DNA of 62,675 bases, filler included, from a bacterium (lineage in GTDB: Bacteria > UBP18 > UBA7526): assembly GCA_030615855.1 (NCBI GenBank). It is 5 parts of 5 records of this genome, joined end to end, with 100 filler letters (N's around TTAATTAATTAA, not from the genome) between each part and the next. Parts side by side here need not be neighbours in the genome. Positions count along the whole stretch, not along the records: positions 9,795 to 39,435 come from JAUWYL010000017.1; 4 more parts are not named here. One strand, given 5' to 3'. Both the position numbers and the translations under genes were made by a program. This document shows, one piece after another, positions 20,503-29,747 of the stretch; the stretch's first letter is position 1; every line of letters starts with the position of its first letter. Under the pieces are notes generated by a model. That model did not search any database and was not told where the DNA came from. It saw only the letters and a list, made by a program, of their open reading frames with translations.

Positions 20503-21965
20503 AAGAAGAATATGATGTTATAGTAATTGGTGCCGGCATTGGGGGATTGACCTGTGGTTCTTTATTAGCCAAAGAAGGGCTGAAGGTTTTAATTGTTGAA
20601 CAGGGTTCAAAGCCGGGAGGATATGCCACTTCCTATAAGAAAGATGGATTTGTCTTCGATTCCTGTATTCATTTTGTAGGTGGCTGCGGCGAGGGAGGAA
20701 TGGTTAGAAGACTTTTTACAAAATTAGAAATTGAAGAAGAGATAGAATTTATTGAAATAGCATCCCCGGTAGGAATAACCTTAAATACCAGGAGAGTATT
20801 CCTTCCCATTAAGGATTTTCCTGGTTTTAAAAAAACCCTCCGGAAATTTTTTCCGGAGGAAACTACTCAGATCCCGAAATACCTACAGATCTTACAAAAG
20901 ATTGCTAAAGAAATTTTAGACCTTGCTTCCCCTTCCTTTCTAAAACTTCTTTTTTTTCCTATAACCTATCCCCATCTCGTAAGATACCGGAAGAGCACCC
21001 TGAAGGATTTACTTGATAAATACCTTACCGATCCCGAACTGAAAAATATCCTTTCTTGCGCTCCTACTACTCTCCCTCCTTCCCGAATCTCTCTCTTCTT
21101 TATGGCCATGGTGACCACCCAGGGCCATGAGGCCTTCTATTATCCTAAAGGAGGGATTCAGCATTTCAGCGATACTTTAGTAAAGGGATTAAGGAAATAT
21201 AAAGGAGAACTATTGCTCGATACCTTAGTGAGCAAAATCTTAGTGGAGAAGAAAGGAGTCTGTGGGGTTGGGTTGGCCAGTGGTAGGAGAATAGGAACGA
21301 AGTACGTTGTTTCCAATACTACGTTGGAGCAGACTTTTAATAAATTAGTGGGAAGTGAAAATTTACCTGATAAGTATATGAGAAGAATAAAAAATCAAAA
21401 GGTTTCTTTATCCGGCTTTATTCTGCACATAGCGACGGATTTAGACCTCAAATCTCTGGGATTAAGTTTTACCAATGCTATTCTTCCTTCCGACCTGGAG
21501 AAGGAGTTTGAAGCATTAAATAACAACCAGATGCCAGATGAATCGAGTCTCATTATTAGCGTTCCCTCCCTGGTAGATACTACCCTGGCCCCACAGGGAA
21601 AGTATATCCTGAGCATCGTTGTTCCTGCTCCTTATAGCTATGATTGGCAGAATAAGAAAGAGGAGGTAGCCAGAAGAATTATTAAGCAAGCGGAGAAAGC
21701 AATCCCCAATCTTTCTACCCACATTATCTATCAGGATATCTCTACTCCTTTAACTTTAGAGAAGTATACTTTAAATACCAAGGGAGCGATGTATGGATTG
21801 CAGGTAACACCAGAGCAGTTTGGAATAAATAGGATAAGCCAGAAGACACCGATAAAGGGATTATACCTGGTTGGCCACTATACCCGTCCGGCACACGGAG
21901 TGCCGGGGGTGGCTATGTCCGGCCAGTTTGCTGCTCAAGCAGTACTTCATAGCAGAGAAAGTTAA
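20499..21965 (+). CDS. Second phytoene desaturase-like FAD oxidoreductase (tandem paralog)
   Basis: Same motif set as 18985-20502; ATGA-coupled to it. Confidence 0.88.
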   Translation: MKEEYDVIVIGAGIGGLTCGSLLAKEGLKVLIVEQGSKPGGYATSYKKDGFVFDSCIHFVGGCGEGGMVRRLFTKLEIEEEIEFIEIASPVGITLNTRRVFLPIKDFPGFKKTLRKFFPEETTQIPKYLQILQKIAKEILDLASPSFLKLLFFPITYPHLVRYRKSTLKDLLDKYLTDPELKNILSCAPTTLPPSRISLFFMAMVTTQGHEAFYYPKGGIQHFSDTLVKGLRKYKGELLLDTLVSKILVEKKGVCGVGLASGRRIGTKYVVSNTTLEQTFNKLVGSENLPDKYMRRIKNQKVSLSGFILHIATDLDLKSLGLSFTNAILPSDLEKEFEALNNNQMPDESSLIISVPSLVDTTLAPQGKYILSIVVPAPYSYDWQNKKEEVARRIIKQAEKAIPNLSTHIIYQDISTPLTLEKYTLNTKGAMYGLQVTPEQFGINRISQKTPIKGLYLVGHYTRPAHGVPGVAMSGQFAAQAVLHSRES

Positions 21966-22041
21966 CTAATAAACCAATTTTGTCTAAACCGATGCTGGGG
22001 ATCCCCCACTTGGGACCATTCGCGCGAAAGGTAGAATAGAT

Positions 22042-23205
22042 ATGAGAAAGAAATTTATAATCCTTTTTTGCTTAACAGTATTCTTTGTCAGCCTAACCCC
22101 TTTCTCTGCGGGGAAAGAAGCCTACGAAAAGGGATATTTAGAAGAGAGAAACGGAATCTTCGTCTTACATCTCAAGGGGAGTCCTTATGAGATGGGCTAC
22201 CAGCACGGGATGCTCACCAAGCACTTGATGGGCAAGAGCAAAGAGGCCTTTGATGAGGCGGTTCCATCGATAAAGGGAGGAAGGGCCGGGGAGTGGATTG
22301 TAAAGAGGTACCTCTTCTGGAAGTTAGGAAAGATGGAGAAGTATGTTCCTCAAGAGTTTATTGAGGAACTCAAAGGGATGGCGGATAGCATTACAGAGAA
22401 AGAGGTCGATTACAGAGAAATCCTACTCTACCACGCTATGCGAGATATCGGCCAGGTCTTGGCCTGCTCAAGTTTCGTTGCTCTACCCCAGACCACAAAG
22501 AACAAAGAACTTATTTATGGTCGGAACTTTGACTTCCTGAAAGGAAGCTCCTTAGAGAATCTGGTTACTTTTTATGAACCAGATAAAGGAAACTCTTTTG
22601 TTTCCATTGGCTGGCCGGGGATGATTGGGGTAGTGAGTGGGATGAATGATAAAGGACTTATCGTAGGGATACTCACCGCTTACTCAAAAGATGTCTCCTT
22701 TGATGGTATACCTTCTTGTTTTCTTACCAGAAAGGTTCTTCAGTATGCTAATAATATAAAAGAAGCAGAAGAGATCATCATTAAGAGCAAAAGGACTGGC
22801 CCCAATATCATCCTTTTAACGGATGAGAAAGAGGCTTTAATTATAGAATGCTCGGCGACAAAATATGCTCTGCGAAAACCACAGGATGGTCTTCTTTGTT
22901 CAAGCAATCATTTCTTAAGTGCTATCTATGAAAGGGATAAGAAGCGAAGGAAGACCTTGGAATCCGGGGATAGTGAGAAAAGGTATAAAAGGATGGAGAG
23001 ATTATTAAAAGAAAATAGTGGACAGATTGATATAGAATATGGTATTAAGATATTGGGGGATGATGTAATCTTAAAAGAGAACACTCTCCATTCTGTGATC
23101 TTTCTTCCCCGAACATTAGAATTCTTAATTGCCCCAGGCCCGCATGCTTCTGGTAATTTCATTAAGTTTCACCTAAAAACTTTAGAAGAAATTCACCATC
23201 AATGA
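22042..23205 (+). CDS. Secreted C45-family Ntn-hydrolase / acyltransferase
   Basis: Signal peptide; G.PYEMGYQHG, autoproteolysis site A-CSSF, GRNFDF, GMNDKGL and NHF motifs. Confidence 0.85.
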   Translation: MRKKFIILFCLTVFFVSLTPFSAGKEAYEKGYLEERNGIFVLHLKGSPYEMGYQHGMLTKHLMGKSKEAFDEAVPSIKGGRAGEWIVKRYLFWKLGKMEKYVPQEFIEELKGMADSITEKEVDYREILLYHAMRDIGQVLACSSFVALPQTTKNKELIYGRNFDFLKGSSLENLVTFYEPDKGNSFVSIGWPGMIGVVSGMNDKGLIVGILTAYSKDVSFDGIPSCFLTRKVLQYANNIKEAEEIIIKSKRTGPNIILLTDEKEALIIECSATKYALRKPQDGLLCSSNHFLSAIYERDKKRRKTLESGDSEKRYKRMERLLKENSGQIDIEYGIKILGDDVILKENTLHSVIFLPRTLEFLIAPGPHASGNFIKFHLKTLEEIHHQ

Positions 23206-23297
23206 CATTAGATCTGTGATCTGTGTAAATCTGCCCCGAAGGGATCCCTTTGGGATAAACAATCTGTGTCTATCTGTGTTATAAAAAGGAGGTATTC

Positions 23298-24845
23298 ATG
23301 CGCGTATTCTTAGTTGATGCCCCCCATAAAGTCTGGCCGGTGATGAGAGGGTGGACGCCCAATCCTGGAATTTTGCCTTTGGGTGCCTATTTAGAGAAGG
23401 ACTTTGATGTTAAGGTGGTGGATGGAACGGTTCTGGAAGATTCCTGGAGGGACTTAGAAAAGATAATGAAAAAAGAGAAGCCAAAGATCGTAGGGATATC
23501 CTGCATCGCCACCTGCTTCATCTATGATACTATGAACGCCTGCCGCTTGATTAAAGAGGTAAGTCCTAAAACAATTATCGTTGCTGGGGGTAGCCATCCT
23601 GCCCTGGTTCCGGAAGAGACCCTAAGGAGTTGTAGAGAGATAAATTACATTGTGGTGGGTGAGGGGGAGGTTACTTTCTATGAGTTCCTGAAGGCCTTTG
23701 AGAAGGGAGAGAAGAACTTCTCAAAGATCAAGGGATTGGCCTATTTAGACGGAGATAGATTCGTCTATACCGGGGATCGACCTCTGATTGAAGATTTGGA
23801 TACCCTGCCCATGAATGCCTATCACCTCTTCGATATGTCCAACCCCAGATACAATATCGCCTCAGAGGGAAGAAACTCTCTATCCGTCACCTTCAGCCGT
23901 GGATGTGACTACAAGTGTACCTTCTGCTCAGAGACCGTTCTTTGGCGCCATAGATGGAGAAGAAAGAGTGCCCAGAAGATGGTGGATGAGTTCCAGTTAC
24001 TGAAAGAGAAGTATGGGAGAACGGCCTTCTTCGTGGGAGACGACATGTTCAACTGGGATAGAAAACATACTGAGGAATTCTGTGATGAGATGATTAAAAG
24101 GAAGGTAGGGGTAAACTTCTGGATTCAGACCAGGGCTGATTTTCTCTTAAGGGATAAGGATTTAATTCCCAGATTGAGGGAGGCCGGATGTTATCAGATT
24201 ATGATGGGTTTAGAACACCATAGCCAGAAGGTTTTGGATGCCATAAAGAAGAAGGCTTTGATTAAGGAGAGTCTGGAAGCCATGAGACTCATAAAGAAGC
24301 ATAGAATCTCTGTTATGGCTACCCTAATGCTCGGCCACTGGAATGATACTAAAGAGGATATGTACGATCTCTACCGCTTTGTCAGACCCTATCTTCATCA
24401 CTACGGCCAGGGGGTGATTACCCCTCTGCCCGGAACCCCATTCTATAGAGAGATGAAGAAGTTAGGTAGGATAAAAGTAACCGATTACTCAAAGTATGAC
24501 TACATCCACGCCATAATGCCTACCAAGACCATGTCTCCTGAAGAAATCACAGGTACGCTATTAAACCTTCACAGGAAGTTCTATCTCAACTGGCGCTTCT
24601 TCTGGCAGACCATCTTTCCCGAGCATCCTATGATTAGACCTATTCACATACATTTTTTAAAGTATGCTTGGGATACCTTTAGGCAGGAGGCCTTTGGTGC
24701 CCCAGAGTGGGTCCAGCCAGGATACCAGACCTACGAAGAATACTTAAAGGAGAAAGAAACAAGGAACGCGAAACGTGGAACGCCTGCCAAAAGCGAGGTC
24801 TCGCCCCTCCGGGCCGGACGAAACGCTAAACGCACTATTTCTTGA
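23298..24845 (+). CDS. Cobalamin-binding radical SAM protein, BchE-like clade (paralog of 29744)
   Basis: GGSHP, GEGE, SRGCDYKCTFC and TPLPGT motifs. Confidence 0.92.
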   Translation: MRVFLVDAPHKVWPVMRGWTPNPGILPLGAYLEKDFDVKVVDGTVLEDSWRDLEKIMKKEKPKIVGISCIATCFIYDTMNACRLIKEVSPKTIIVAGGSHPALVPEETLRSCREINYIVVGEGEVTFYEFLKAFEKGEKNFSKIKGLAYLDGDRFVYTGDRPLIEDLDTLPMNAYHLFDMSNPRYNIASEGRNSLSVTFSRGCDYKCTFCSETVLWRHRWRRKSAQKMVDEFQLLKEKYGRTAFFVGDDMFNWDRKHTEEFCDEMIKRKVGVNFWIQTRADFLLRDKDLIPRLREAGCYQIMMGLEHHSQKVLDAIKKKALIKESLEAMRLIKKHRISVMATLMLGHWNDTKEDMYDLYRFVRPYLHHYGQGVITPLPGTPFYREMKKLGRIKVTDYSKYDYIHAIMPTKTMSPEEITGTLLNLHRKFYLNWRFFWQTIFPEHPMIRPIHIHFLKYAWDTFRQEAFGAPEWVQPGYQTYEEYLKEKETRNAKRGTPAKSEVSPLRAGRNAKRTIS

Positions 24846-25161
24846 GGAGCTTATCTATCTCTTCCACCCACTTCTGAGATATCTTTAAGACCTTTGGCCA
24901 GCCGAAGGCACGAATGCGAACCTTTAGAATCTGAGAAACGTTATTCTCATCCTGATAATCAATGGTTAAAAAGACCTTTATCCAGGTATGAATATAATCC
25001 TTTATTACAGAGGCCTTAAATATTCTGGAAAGGGGAATGTTATAAAGGGGAAAGCCCCGCACTTTACACTCTATTCCTTCTTTGGCTAGAACTAACTTTC
25101 CTGGCCGCTGTTTTGCAGGATAACCCGGTATTCCACTGTAGTAGATAACCTTGTTCTTCAA
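24835..25161 (-). CDS. Hypothetical protein; probable TTG start supplied by a repeat, with a possible original ATG at 25319
   Basis: Only antisense gene in the cluster. GAGGTGAGG SD precedes TTG 25161; promoter, SD and ATG 25319 lie upstream. Confidence 0.55.
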   Translation of the reverse strand: MKNKVIYYSGIPGYPAKQRPGKLVLAKEGIECKVRGFPLYNIPLSRIFKASVIKDYIHTWIKVFLTIDYQDENNVSQILKVRIRAFGWPKVLKISQKWVEEIDKLLKK

Positions 25162-25313
25162 GATAGGCCTCACCTCGTTCGGCAATCTTCACAGATTAGC
25201 GCAGATTGACTAAACTGATTAGCACGGATTTAGTGCGATGAGGATCAGTGCTAATCCGTGTCTTTTAATCTGTGCCCATCTGTGTAACTATTCAAATTCC
25301 GATACCTTAAAAT
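25159..25313 (-). repeat. ~155-bp composite leader repeat, copy 1
   Basis: Highly similar to 58310-58463. Confidence 0.9.
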
Positions 25314-25338
25314 AGCCATAACTCCTCCTTCTTTCTAT

Positions 25339-25367
25339 ATCTTATAGGTTAAGTCCTTAAAAGTCAA
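25339..25367 (-). promoter_or_regulatory. Sigma70-type promoter for the antisense gene
   Basis: On the minus strand, TTGACT-17 bp-TAAGAT followed by AAGGAGGAG and ATG. Confidence 0.6.
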
Positions 25368-25429
25368 CCCCGCACCTTTTCAATATTCATTTTTTATCTT
25401 AATACTTTGAATGGATAAAAGGTGCGGGG
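25368..25429. mobile_element. Miniature inverted-repeat element of the same family
   Basis: CCCCGCACCTTTT...AAAAGGTGCGGGG; minus-strand flanks TTAAC/TTGAC. Confidence 0.6.
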
Positions 25430-25442
25430 TTAAGGAATCAAG

Positions 25443-26738
25443 ATGAAACTTCTACTAATCTTTCCTATGGGAAAGGGCCGGGTGATGGGCAAGCATTCTT
25501 TTTTCAAACTTGTGCCCTTGACTCTGCCCTATATCGCCGCCCTTACTCCAGAGGATGTAGAGGTTACCATTACCGATGACCTGGTGGATGAGATAGACTT
25601 TGAGGCCGATGTGGATCTGGTGGGATTGACCGTTCTCACCCCTTTGGCTCCCCGGGCCTATGAGATTGCAGACAGGTTTCGAGCAAGAGGGGTAAAGGTA
25701 GTCCTGGGAGGGGTGCATGTCACCATGTGTCCTAAGGAGGCCTCTCCCCATGCAGATGCCTTAGTCCTAGGAGAAGCAGAGGAGACTTGGCCACAGCTCA
25801 TCGAAGATTTTAAAAAGGGAAGACTGAAGAAATACTATCGCTGTCCTGGGCCTCCTGACTTAAAAAGGATTCCTGTGCCCAGGTGGGATCTATTGAAGAT
25901 GAGATATCTTCCCACCTATTCCGTTCAGACCAGCCGGGGTTGCCCCCATGACTGCGATTTCTGTTCCGTGACCACCTTCTTCGGTGGAAAGTATAGACTG
26001 AGACCGGTAGAGGATGTGGTAAATGAGGTCCAGACTCTAATCGAGAGTAGACGTCAGAAAGCCCCTTTAGGAAATATCTTCTTCTTCAATGATGATAATA
26101 TCTTTGCTAATCCCAGCCATAGCAAGAGGCTCTTTAAGGCGTTAACTCCGCTTAGGATAAAGTGGTTGGGCCAGGCGCCGATTACCATGGCCTGGAACGA
26201 GGAATTACTAAAGATCGGTGCCGACTCTGGATGTATCGGGGTTTTAATCGGCTTCGAGTCTCTATCTCAGAAGAATATCGATAAGATGGGAAAGAGGATT
26301 AATAGAGTGAAAGAGTATGAGGAGGCAATCAAAAGGATTCATGCCTATGGGATCAAGATCATGGGTTCCTTTATGTTCGGCCTGGACGAGGACGATAGAG
26401 GGGCCTTCGAAAGGGTAGTGCAATTCATGGAGAAGACCCATATCGATGTCCCGGGATTGGGAATCGCTACCCCCTATCCTGGAACAAGATTCTATAAAAG
26501 GCTGCGTAGAGAGAACCGGATATTTGATAATGATTGGGCAAATTATGATAGTACGCGTAGCGTCCATCGTCCTCTCCGGATGAGCCCTCGGGAAGCGGAT
26601 GAGGGTTTAATCTGGGCCTGGAAGAGGACAACATCCATTCCCTCCATATTTAAGAGGACGGTCTTTCCTTCCAACCGTTCCCTCTTCTATTTCCTCTTCA
26701 ACTTCGTCTTCCGCCAGACAGTACGGCGCATGTTCTAA
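25443..26738 (+). CDS. Cobalamin-binding radical SAM protein (paralog of 17304)
   Basis: AALTPEDVEV, GGVH, SRGCPHDCDFC and TPYPGT motifs. Confidence 0.92.
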   Translation: MKLLLIFPMGKGRVMGKHSFFKLVPLTLPYIAALTPEDVEVTITDDLVDEIDFEADVDLVGLTVLTPLAPRAYEIADRFRARGVKVVLGGVHVTMCPKEASPHADALVLGEAEETWPQLIEDFKKGRLKKYYRCPGPPDLKRIPVPRWDLLKMRYLPTYSVQTSRGCPHDCDFCSVTTFFGGKYRLRPVEDVVNEVQTLIESRRQKAPLGNIFFFNDDNIFANPSHSKRLFKALTPLRIKWLGQAPITMAWNEELLKIGADSGCIGVLIGFESLSQKNIDKMGKRINRVKEYEEAIKRIHAYGIKIMGSFMFGLDEDDRGAFERVVQFMEKTHIDVPGLGIATPYPGTRFYKRLRRENRIFDNDWANYDSTRSVHRPLRMSPREADEGLIWAWKRTTSIPSIFKRTVFPSNRSLFYFLFNFVFRQTVRRMF

Positions 26739-26967
26739 GACGCTGATTATCGCAGATCGAAACGCTGATTGCCACTGATAATACCATAGATGACCGCAGA
26801 TAAAAGATAGTAAAATAGGTAGATTAGTTGGACTGGTTTCCGCCAGAGGCAGATCCGCCTTTAGCTGAGGATTAAAAATCTACCAAATCCACTAATATAC
26901 TAGCCCAACTAATTTTTCATTGTTAATTGTTCAATGTTCATTGTTAATTGAAAGTGGAGTGCGAGAG

Positions 26968-27342
26968 ATGAAAAAGGTTTTGGTCTTGATTTTGGTGGTT
27001 TTCTTGGCAGGTTTTACTGTGGCGAGCGCTAACGAGAAAAAAGAAGTAAAGCCAATAAAGATTAGCCAGATAGTGGATGGAGTTTACCTGGGGAAAAGCG
27101 GTGGAATTACAGGAGTAAAAGTAGAAGTCACTATTAAAAAGGGTAGGATTACAAAGATTGAGATACTAAAGGCCCGAGGCTTTCCCAAATATAAGAAGAG
27201 GGCCCTCAAAGAGATGCCGGGGAGGATCATTAAAGCCCAATCTTTAAGAGTAGATGCAGTAACTGGAGCCACAAAATCCTCAAGAAGCATTCTCAAAGCA
27301 GTAGGAAACGCACTCCTAAAACAGGAGAAAAGTAAGAAGTAG
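26968..27342 (+). CDS. Secreted FMN-binding protein (covalent flavinylation motif)
   Basis: Signal peptide MKKVLVL...; DGVYLG and VDAVTGAT.SS motifs. Start moved to ATG 26968 because the upstream extension is repeat-derived. Confidence 0.85.
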   Translation: MKKVLVLILVVFLAGFTVASANEKKEVKPIKISQIVDGVYLGKSGGITGVKVEVTIKKGRITKIEILKARGFPKYKKRALKEMPGRIIKAQSLRVDAVTGATKSSRSILKAVGNALLKQEKSKK

Positions 27343-27378
27343 GTGAAACCGTAAACGGTACACGGTAAACGGTTAACG

Positions 27379-28953
27379 ATGCAGAAGACAGACTGTCTCT
27401 TTATCAACACCCCCAAGATGAATAGTTACTATAAGCCCTTGGGGAATTTTATTCTGGATACCTATATGCCCATGGGCTTATTAGCTATGGCCGATTCATT
27501 GACTAAAAAAGGTTTCTCTTCTAAGATTATCCACTTAGGAGTGGAATGGATCCTAAACCACGATTTCTCTATTCTGAATTACTTCAAAGGTAGGAAAGTT
27601 AAAGTAATTGCCATTCCTCTCCACTGGCATCATCAGTCCTATGATGCCATTGAACTAGCCAGGAAGATAAAGAAAGCCCATCCTAAAGTCTATATTGTCT
27701 TAGGAGGCTATACCGCCAGTTATTTTGATGAGGAGATTCTAAGAAGATTCTCATTTATCGATGGGATTATAAGAGGGGATGGAGAGAAACCTATCCTTTC
27801 TCTGGTAAGAGCCATCATTAAGAAGAGAGCTCTATCGAGGGTTCCTAACTTGACTTGGAAAAAAGGAGAGAGAATCATCAGAAATAGGCTTTCTTACATT
27901 GCTACCCAGGAAGACTTGGATGAACTATCCTTCACCAATTTTAAACTATTGAAGAATTATCAGACTTATGTCAGACATATTGGTTTCTTACCCTTCTTTG
28001 CCAAGAATTTCTCCAAAGAGGCCAACTACTTAATGTTCTCCTACCGCAGCTCCACCTTTCCTCTCTTTACCGGTCGGGGGTGTCTGGCTAATTGCACTTA
28101 TTGTGGAGGAGGGAAGAGGGCTCAGGAGTATATTAGTGGAAGAAAAGAGCCTATATTCAGGTCTCAAGAAAAAGTTTTAGAGTCTATAAAAGAGGCTCAG
28201 GAGTATGGGTATGAGACGGTTCTCATGGACTTTTATCCTTCTCCACAAAGTGATGATTATTACATAAAACTCTTTCAGATGATCAGAAAAGAGAGGATAG
28301 ATATTGAGTGCCTCTTTGGCTGTTTCTTTCTCCCCTCTAAAGAATTTGCCGAGGAGTTTCACAAGACCTTTCCGGGTAGAAAATCGGCCATCTGGCTCTC
28401 CCCAGAAAGCGGGGTAGAGATGGTGAGAAAGAAAATAAGGGGGTTCTTCTATACTAATGGCCAGATTATGGAGGCCTTAGAAAATCTCAATAGATTGCAT
28501 ATTATTACTGAGCTCTATTTTACCTTCGGCTTTCCCTTTGAGAAAGAAGAGGATGTCTTGAAGACCAAGAGATTTGCTTTCTATTTGAAAAAGAGATTTA
28601 AATCTATCTGGGCCATCAGGGCCTATCCCCTAGAGATGGAGCCCGCCTCTCCCTGGCAAAGAGACCCAGAAAAGTTCGGTGTGGTATCAAATAGAAAGAG
28701 TTTTATTGACTTCTACAAAGCAAATAGTCAGAAGAATCCAGAGGTTCTCAACAGCCTGGGTTACTATATCCCGGGTTTCTTCAATGAAGAGGCTTCTGAC
28801 TTTGCTTCGTTTGAAAGAAAGATGCAGAGATTGAAGTGCAGGCATTTCTGCCTCATCCATCCTAATGCCCGAAAATCAGGCCCTCCCTGGCTGGGAAAAC
28901 TCATGTGTCGGGGAATGAGCTTCTATCAAAAACTGAGAAGAAAAAAGACTTGA
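27379..28953 (+). CDS. Cobalamin-binding radical SAM protein (third clade)
   Basis: LHWHHQSY, GGYTAS, RGDGE and GRGCLANCTYCGG motifs; C-terminal C..FC. Confidence 0.9.
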   Translation: MQKTDCLFINTPKMNSYYKPLGNFILDTYMPMGLLAMADSLTKKGFSSKIIHLGVEWILNHDFSILNYFKGRKVKVIAIPLHWHHQSYDAIELARKIKKAHPKVYIVLGGYTASYFDEEILRRFSFIDGIIRGDGEKPILSLVRAIIKKRALSRVPNLTWKKGERIIRNRLSYIATQEDLDELSFTNFKLLKNYQTYVRHIGFLPFFAKNFSKEANYLMFSYRSSTFPLFTGRGCLANCTYCGGGKRAQEYISGRKEPIFRSQEKVLESIKEAQEYGYETVLMDFYPSPQSDDYYIKLFQMIRKERIDIECLFGCFFLPSKEFAEEFHKTFPGRKSAIWLSPESGVEMVRKKIRGFFYTNGQIMEALENLNRLHIITELYFTFGFPFEKEEDVLKTKRFAFYLKKRFKSIWAIRAYPLEMEPASPWQRDPEKFGVVSNRKSFIDFYKANSQKNPEVLNSLGYYIPGFFNEEASDFASFERKMQRLKCRHFCLIHPNARKSGPPWLGKLMCRGMSFYQKLRRKKT

Positions 28954-29007
28954 CTTTTATTTTTTTCTTTGGTATAGTTTAATTAAAATAGTTTAACTAT
29001 AATAGTT
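28950..29007 (+). promoter_or_regulatory. Sigma70 promoter with overlapping palindromes (candidate PadR operator)
   Basis: TTGACT-17 bp-TATAGT with TGn; ATAGTT-T-AACTAT (28988-29000) and AACTAT-A-ATAGTT (28995-29007). Confidence 0.6.
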
Positions 29008-29219
29008 GTCCGAGGTCCCAAACCTAACAGTTGTTGGTGGGCGGGTTAGGGTAAGGTAGTGGGTTTAGTAATTGGGTAAGGGTTAGATACTTAAAGACCA
29101 ACTACCTGACCCAACGACCAAACTAACATCTTAACCTTAACCCTAACCAAATGTTTTCTTATTAACTTGTCAACTAATCAACTTATCAACTGATTCTGAC
29201 TTTGGACAGGAGGACTCTT

Positions 29220-29747
29220 ATGGAGAAAGAACTCATTCTTCTCGGCCTTCTGAAGGAAGGGCCAAGGCATGGCTATGAATTAAAGAGAATAGTCGATGAG
29301 AAGATATCCACTTTTGCCCCTATCAGTGCTGGTTCTATTTACTATACTTTGAAGGGATTGGCAAAGGATGGCTTGGTAAGTATGACCAGGAAGAGAAGGG
29401 GCAAGTATCCAGAGAAAGAGGTCTATAGAATAACAACGAAGGGAGAGAAGAGACTTAGGGAATTACTTGAGGAGACCTGCTTCAATATCAAGAGGCTTTA
29501 CCGGAGTATGGATATCGTTCTATACTTTATGAATTATCTCAAGCCAAAAGAAGTGATTAGAGGGCTAAGAAATAGGATTGGGCAGATCAAAGGAATAAGA
29601 GAGGAAACCAAAGGGATCTATATGAAGATAAGGAGGGAGAGATATCCTTATTACATTCAGGCCATTGCCCAGAGGAATATAAGGTTTATGGATAAGGAAA
29701 TAGAATGGATGGAGGACTTCATAAAAGAGATTAGGAGGAAATCGTGA
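29220..29747 (+). CDS. PadR family transcriptional regulator
   Basis: LLGLL..GP.HGYEL, GSIYYTL and Y.IT.KG motifs; AGGAGG SD before ATG 29220. Confidence 0.92.
   Translation: MEKELILLGLLKEGPRHGYELKRIVDEKISTFAPISAGSIYYTLKGLAKDGLVSMTRKRRGKYPEKEVYRITTKGEKRLRELLEETCFNIKRLYRSMDIVLYFMNYLKPKEVIRGLRNRIGQIKGIREETKGIYMKIRRERYPYYIQAIAQRNIRFMDKEIEWMEDFIKEIRRKS

Noticed and set aside
18985-21965. Carotenoid or hopanoid cluster
   Set aside because: No phytoene/squalene synthase, cyclase or prenyltransferase in the contig.
25251-25319. 22-codon mini-ORF as a RiPP precursor or leader peptide
   Set aside because: All but the first two codons belong to a repeat also found upstream of glmM, and the radical SAM proteins show no SPASM/RRE features that I can see.
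26920-26967. N-terminal extension MLIVQCSLLIE of the FMN-binding protein
   Set aside because: Encoded by the TTGTTCA heptamer array; the signal peptide starts at ATG 26968.
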